Shown here one piece after another: positions 57,042 to 64,000 of a stretch of DNA of 64,000 bases. The first letter of the stretch is position 1. Each line of letters opens with the position of its first letter. The stretch is from the NCBI GenBank assembly GCA_964016885.1, contig OZ024751.1, positions 26,288,001 to 26,352,000 of the forward strand. The letters run 5' to 3'. The stretch comes from Eledone cirrhosa (lineage: Eukaryota). A program made the position numbers and the translations under genes. Under the pieces are notes generated by a model that was not told the origin of the DNA, did not search any database, and was given only the letters and a program-made list of their open reading frames with translations.

Positions 57042-57731
57042 CGCGTGTATATATATAAAGATATAAATGGACCAAAGAAAGATTAGTATCATCTGGAAGA
57101 GACACCATCCCTCAACTTTCTCTCTTTCGACAATAAAATACATTCTGTTGAAGCAACTACATGGTGGAACAGACATTTAAACATTAAACACACACATATA
57201 CATATATACACACACACACACTATTAGGTTTGCTTAATATTTATCATTTATTTCATGGTGTCAACATTTTCATTGTACTCTTTATGACTTGGTGTCTGTC
57301 ACAGTTGTACTGTAGTCCCTGTCACAGTTGTACTGTAGTCAATGACAATATTGACATGACAAATTAAATGTTAAATGCGTTTTAACTGTTAACCTTCTGC
57401 ACCAGCTGTAACTGTATTGTAAAGACATTAAGAGACACAAGACACTATGACACCATCATATTACTCTCTAAAATGCTCGGTTAGCATTGTCATATTGAAA
57501 AGATTCCAGACTAATACTACAAGTCAAGTTTTCACAACTATCTGTCCACTAGTGAAGATACTTTAAACATTTGAATTAAATCTTTTCTGCTAGATTATTA
57601 CAGGCTTGAGTGGGGTTAATGGTGAAAATGACTGTAATAGTTAAATAATTAATGTTACATTTGAATTGAAAATTGATTTTAACTTCTTTTTTAAATTATT
57701 AATTTTTCTCTGCTCTTCTCCTTGAAACCAG

Positions 57732-57885
57732 AACCGAATGATGGAAAGTATGAAATTATTTGATTCAATCTGTAACAATAAATGGTTTCTGGAAACTTCT
57801 ATTATGCTCTTCCTAAACAAGAAAGATTTATTTGAAGAAAAAATCAGAAACTCTCCCCTCACAAGTTGCTTCCCGGAGTACGAAG
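57732..57885 (+). CDS. GNAI: G-alpha(i) exon 7 (NKKD)
   Basis: accag/gtaaat; 154 bp; [51 protein letters not shown]. Confidence 0.98.
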
Positions 57886-58713
57886 GTAAATATTGTCTTC
57901 CTTCTGTAACTAATTGTATTTTGTAATTTACTATGGTGAGTCTTTGATAGTTTAGTCTTGTATTTGTTTACATTTATTTTGGCAATGGATAGGGTTATGT
58001 AAGAATATATATCTTTCCCCACACCTGCCGTCAGCCAATCTCTATATAACCTCTCCTTGTCCCCTTCCCCTGACACCTGTGGATTGGTAGAACATTGGGC
58101 CACATTCTTCACGGCCTAGTTACATCCCTTTACATTCCGAGTTCAAATTCTACCAAGATTAGCTTTCATCCTTACCGTACCAGTAACACACTAAGGTCGA
58201 TTTAATTGACTTAACTCTTCCTTTCAAGAAACTATTATTATAAAGTTCAAATCCCGCCGAGGTTAACTTTGCCTTTCATCCTTTTGGGGTCGATAAAATA
58301 AAGTACCAGTAATACACTGAGTAATTGCTGGCCTTGTGCCAAAAGTAGAAACAATTATTATAAAGATAGGGGATTATCAGAATCGTGTTGGACAAGATGC
58401 TTTGCAGCATCTGTACCAGATCTTTACATTCTGAGCTCTTTAATCTTTACAGGGTCAATAAAATAAAGTACCAGTATCACACTGGGGTAGATTTAATTGA
58501 CTTATTCCTTCCCTTCAAATTGCTGATCTTTTGCCTAAATCAGAAACAATATTTAGGCCAGAATAAGTAGAGCACCAAACAAATACTAAGTGTTTCAGTT
58601 CTTTATATTCTGGGTTCAAATCTTGCCAAAAATCAACTGTCTCCAAATTGCTGGCCTTGTGCCTAAATTAGAAACAATTATCATTGTTTATCATCTTCTA
58701 ATATCTCCACCAG

Positions 58714-58904
58714 GTGGCAACAACTATGAAGAGTCTGCGGCTTATATACAACTCCAGTTTGAAAACTTAAACAAAAGAAAAGATGTGAAAGAGATTTACA
58801 CACACTTCACCTGTGCCACAGATACTAACAATGTGCAGTTTGTCTTTGATGTGGTCACTGATGTTATAATCAAGAATAATCTTAAAGACTGTGGTCTCTT
58901 TTAA
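58714..58904 (+). CDS. GNAI: G-alpha(i) exon 8, last coding exon
   Basis: caccag acceptor; 191 bp to TAA; contains TCAT and ends [11 protein letters not shown], the Gi C-terminus with the pertussis-toxin cysteine. Exons 2-8 plus a standard 118-bp exon 1 would give 354 aa. Confidence 0.98.
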
Positions 58905-60149
58905 GGTTAGTATCAAACATGTTATCTTTAAAGCAATTTTTAAATCTATTCTCTTTTACTGCTTTCTCTATATATACACACATACGCGTGTGATGACAAT
59001 GAAAAGTTCCATCACACACCCCAATATAGAATTCAGAATATTGCTGGACCTTATGATCACAATCCAAATACTCAAAGCCTCACCTCTCTCCCCATGTTCT
59101 TGTAACACTTTTGAAAAGAGTTATTTTTGCTAAAATATACCGGGTTAAACCAGCTTTCTTTTAAGTTACAATACTTCTCCAACTTATTTCTGAGATGGTC
59201 GTTGGGATAGAGTCCTCAAACACTCCTTCCAGCTGGATCCCTAAGACCAGCCAAGCTCATGGATGTTATCCAACCATCTTGCTTGGAGTCTACTGCCGCT
59301 TGTAAAATCTTTCCTGAGACATTCTAACCACATGCCCGTGGTATCGGAGCTGTGAAAACTCTACCTGGAGTGACTCTCTGGTCTCCGAGTTACACACTCT
59401 ATTGAGTAACATTACTCCAAATACCCTTCGAAGGAACCCCATTTTGGCTGCTTTTATTCATTATCTTTCGGTCATTACCCAAGATTAACAGAAAAACCAC
59501 GCTTTGAATTGGGTGGTTTTTCTGCTAGTATGTGTAGTGTGTATATTGATATTATACGCAGGTATATATGCATGTAGATATGATAAATCAAATAAAATCG
59601 TAATTGACAATATAAACAGAAATTGAAGAGAGACTGTGTTACACTGTCTTCTGTAACGTAATCCATGATACATTAAAAGACGATATTATATATAAACTGC
59701 ATTAGGAGAAAATTAGTGACGGAAATATATGAATGTTTATTTAAGCGATCGCCAACCGGAAGTGTTGACATTTGAAAATTTTAAAGAAGTGACTCTATAA
59801 ATAAATAAAATATTTAATGAACAGCCACAAAATTTAGTAGATAAATTATGTAATATTCATTCATTATTTATTCAAAGTAATGATTGTGGATTGGCAGTAT
59901 CGGTAGAGGGTCGGACGCCATGCTTTGCAGCATAGTTATGTCCCTTTGCGATCTGAGTTCAAATCCTGCCGAGGTTGACTTTATTTTATCGACCCCGTAA
60001 GGCTGAAAGGCAAAGTACCAGTAATGCACTGGGTAATTGCTGGCCTTGTGCCTAAAGTAGAAACAATTATTTATTCAAAGTAATCCAACTTATTTTACTA
60101 ATGGGATAAAAAATTATAAACTATACAGTCCTGCGCTTCTTACTTTATT

Positions 60150-60500
60150 ATAGTTTAGATTCATGTCCATGGGTAAGGGTTGGCACAAATTGAAGATAGA
60201 GAGTTTGGCTTTTATGCCTACCTCCCTTCTGATTACTGAACACGGACCACAGATACTTGAACTTCTCCACAAGCCTCTCAGTTTTTGCAGCACTTGGCAT
60301 CAAACCTATCAAGTGCAAATTATCTGTTCAGATAAATAACATCATGCCGACTGATCTTACACCTGCCAGTCGTGATACCACTTCCAACCCTGCCTTGCAT
60401 GTCAATCCTGTTCATGTAAATAATGAATAGGAGAGGTGACTGTACACACCCTTGGCTGAGTTCGACTCCCACATTGAATGGTTTCCATTCAGCACCATTT
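60150..60500 (-). mobile_element. Decayed LINE (RTE-like) reverse-transcriptase fragment
   Basis: Minus-strand translation KPFNVGVELSQGCVQSPLLFIIYMNRI resembles the RT motif GVRQGCVLSPLLF; a C-terminal-like piece ARWLDNIHELGW lies near 59245-59285. Confidence 0.7.
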
Positions 60501-61379
60501 AGTTGGTTGTATTATATATTTGGTATTTAAACTGGCCAGAATTCTCTCACTTCTTTCTATTCAAATTGGCTACTCATAGTGATAAGGTATAAATATTAAA
60601 ATACAACAGTAAATATAGAGTTATGTAAATGTTAAAGGGTCAGGGGTTTTGCATTTTGTTCTCAGTTATTTCCTGTTCTGTTTTTCAGTTGGTGTCCGTT
60701 GCTAAGTATTTGTCCAGCCTGGTTTCTATAAGTAACCCATGGATACTACCACCACAATTACTTCTGCTGCTATTACATAGAGAAAGAGGACTTAAGAACT
60801 TTTCTACAAACACACAAATGTGTGTTTGTGTGTATATATATATACACACACACAAATATATATTTTGCTTTTTTTTTTTCCTTACCAGTTAAAACATCCA
60901 ACATAAGACATTGTATCATCATCATCATCATCATCATCACTTTTTGTCGCACTCATCTTTTTTTTTTTATCATCTAAAACCCCCCAAAAAAGACAAAAGG
61001 GAAACCACCAACAATTTCACTGTGCTCCTCCTTTCTGCTGTTCCTTTAATTTGAATTGCCTCTGAATGACTTTAATATTATTATTATTTTTAAATGATAT
61101 AAACCCTCCATGCCCCCGTATTACTGCGTTTGTCTTTGTACTGTCCCTCCTCTCCCCAATGTCTTGGGTCCGTGTGGCCAATAAAACAAATTATTATTAT
61201 TATTATTGTTGTTATTATTTTATTGCATTATTGAGCATATATATATATCACACACACACATTAATATTATTATATTTTAGTTACATATAAATATTTCGTA
61301 GAAAACAATAATAATTTCAATATTTTGCATATTTTTGTTTGTGTTTGTACCAAGACACAGCAATTAACGGTTTCTGATT

Positions 61380-61470
61380 TTATATCTTTGAAACTTCCTG
61401 CCATTTGTATGTTCCAGAATAAACATAGTCAAAAGATTTAGCAAGGACATCATATTCGGGAGGACCACGA
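61380..61470 (-). CDS. G6PD: G6PD last coding exon
   Basis: ttttccag acceptor; 91 bp; SRGPPEYDVLAKSFDYVYSGTYKWQEVSKI*. Confidence 0.96.
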
Positions 61471-61674
61471 CTGGAAAAAAAAAAAAATACAATAAATACA
61501 CCTTCACAACCCTTTATATGGGGTTCTAAACTAAATCAATATTTAATCAGAGTTCCACATAACTCCCAAATTCTTCCATTTATAGAGGGTTTTTTAGGTG
61601 TATGATGGCATCAACACTAAACAAGTTATGTCCTTCATTGAAAAATCTCTTTATAAAATGTTGGGTTATCTCAC

Positions 61675-61844
61675 CTGCCAAATATATATCGAAGTGGCTT
61701 GATTTTCGATGAATCAATCTCGTCAAGTAAAGGTGTAAAGATGCGCCAAGCTTCATATAATTCATCAGAACGTACAAAGTTCATCTGAGAACCAGCGAAG
61801 ACATCAATAAGGAGACGTTCGTAGGCATCGGGAAACTTGGCATC
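61675..61844 (-). CDS. G6PD: G6PD penultimate coding exon
   Basis: tttcag/gtgaga; 170 bp; [56 protein letters not shown]. Confidence 0.97.
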
Positions 61845-62617
61845 CTGAAATTAGAACAAAATAAAAACCCACTCATATATATATATACATCCATTTCACA
61901 TACAACATTTGCAGTGTACCTCACTGGTTCATAGTATGGTACCACTGGAATGTCTTTCATTGATAATGGCAGTGACCATCATAGTGATATTAAATGATAC
62001 AAGTGTTAAGGCCATTCCTCCACTCCCTCCTAAAATAGGGTTTAGCCTTGCTAGAACAATGACAGGCTCTGTACTTTGTTGCAAAGGACCCCAGGCTAAG
62101 TTTTATACCCAGATGACCTTGCTCTTTCCAGCCCTATTAGTTGCCTTTTCCAACATGCAGGGATACATCATCATCATCATTGTTTTTACGTCCACTCTTC
62201 CATGCTAGCATGGGTTGGCTGGGATAATTCGAGACATTTTACAGTTGGATGTCCATGTCCCTCCTAAAGATAACTTGCCTCACATGTAGGAGGAATAAAG
62301 TGTAACTATTCTAAACTGGATACACAGCTGTAGTCGGATAAGAACCACAATAAAGAATGGTTTCTGATTTAGGCACAAGGCCAGCAATTTTGGGGGAGTG
62401 GGAAAGTAGATTAAATCGACCCTAGTGCGTGACTGGTACTTTATTTTATCGACCATGTAAGGATGAAAGGCAAAGCTGACCTTGGCACAATTTGAAATCA
62501 GAACGTAACGGGCCATAACTCCACGCTGCAAAGTATGTTGTCTGGTGCTCTACTAAGACAGAAATTCAGTAAAAAGTATAAGCAAAACCTTCAAATAACA
62601 AAAGTTTGTCAACTGAC

Positions 62618-62826
62618 CATAAATCTATTTTCAAAGGTTAAGTCAAGTTCACTCTCTTCACAGTTAAACGACATTCCAGGTAGTTTGGTCATCACCTTCA
62701 TATAGATGGCTTCTTTTGGCTGCACACGGAACACAAGTTCATTCCTCTTAATTTTACCAGGGGTGAAGATGTCAGATGGAACAGATTTAAACTGGATCCG
62801 GATCTCAGCTTTACGTTCATTGAGAG
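62618..62826 (-). CDS. G6PD: G6PD internal exon
   Basis: ttccag/gtcagt; 209 bp; [70 protein letters not shown]. Confidence 0.96.
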
Positions 62827-63096
62827 CTGGAATAAAGGGAGGGTAGGATGTGTGAGAATAGGGGTGGAGATTGAGGGAGAAGAGACTGGATGAAGATGGA
62901 GTGGGAGTATAGTCAGGGTGGAGATGAGGCTGAATGTGTGAAGGTTAACACTGAGAAAAGAAGCAGATCCTGACAAATATTTCATTTTTTTTTATGAGTT
63001 ACTGACCCCTACAAATATTAACTACAGCCCCACACATCATGAACTACTTACCTTTCCAACAATACAGACATCTTAATGAAACACTGAACTGCTTAC

Positions 63097-63186
63097 CTTT
63101 ACCACACCTGAGGATAAAAGGTACACCTTTCCAACGTTTATTCTCTACAAATAATACAGCAGCAGCAAATGTGGGAGTCACAGAAT
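63097..63186 (-). CDS. G6PD: Glucose-6-phosphate dehydrogenase, internal exon
   Basis: attatag acceptor and gtaagc donor; 90 bp; (D)[29 protein letters not shown]. Upstream exons were not seen in the window. Confidence 0.93.
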
Positions 63187-64000
63187 CTATAATAATAATA
63201 ACAATAATAATAACAACTGCATCTAATTTCAGCAAAAGAAAAATTTAGGGTAAGTGTAAAGTTGATTAAATCAATCCAGTATTTCACTGTCGTTTTAACT
63301 TCAGAAGCATGAAAGAGACAAAGATGACCTTGATGGCATTTGAACTCAGGAAATACCAATAACAATCTGTTCAACACTTTCACTAAGCTGTCACCACTGA
63401 CACCATACATACATACGTAGTGAACAGATTGTTATCGGTATATCCTGAGTTCAAATGCCATCAAGGTATGTATGTACGTACATACATAGATAGATAGATA
63501 GATACACATACAAAGCAGGCTACTAAATTTCACTCTGAAGTGACTTCTTTAAAAGAACTAAAACTTTGTAAAACTTAGTCATTTTTTACCGAAAGTGGAA
63601 TGGAAAGTAAACAAATAATTGAAACAGTCTGAACAGAGAAAATCCAAAGGTCAAATATATCACAAAATGGTTTTAAAATAATTATTGGAAAATAGTTAAG
63701 ATAGATAATTCTTGTATAAATAATTCCAAGGAAAATAACTCTTACATAACTTATTCTAAGGGAGATAACTTATCGTTGAATTTCAATTTACTTTTAAAAA
63801 TCTCTGGATATCATTATGCATAAAGTTGCCCCTAATTTTATTATGGAAAAGCAGTTATTTTAATGTGTTTGTGTTTAAATTTAAAACCTTCCGTTATCAT
63901 TATAAGTAAAAATATTCTCTTAAGTTCAAAGCGCCAGCTTAATAATAAGAAAAATATATTACTAAATTAATTAAAAATTATAATATATTTTTTATTTATG

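Overview
Eukaryotic, AT-rich, microsatellite-saturated DNA. The SINE repertoire and repeat style suggest a coleoid cephalopod such as Octopus (inference). Two real genes lie tail-to-tail at the right end. A G-protein alpha(i) gene (+) has exons 2-8 at 42360-58904 with vertebrate-identical exon sizes; exon 1 was not found, so bases 1-42359 are probably intron 1. The last four coding exons of G6PD (-) lie at 61380-63186. Nearly all other ORFs in the track are translations of simple repeats. The most interesting signal is non-coding: at least five unrelated families of short elements sit against (TA)n tracts and carry minimal hammerhead-ribozyme motifs (CUGANGA-stem II-GAAA). Several have long fold-back arms, the architecture of Penelope-like retroelement pseudo-LTRs, and in two families the fold-back is centred on the putative ribozyme stem II. 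Other features: two different Helitron families inserted at the same base of a dispersed host repeat (with an empty copy in the window), a U2 snRNA fragment fused to a SINE, a deleted mariner, piggyBac-like and pogo-like MITEs, and several minisatellites grown from pieces of mobile elements. Everything was read by eye; no searches or folding were run.
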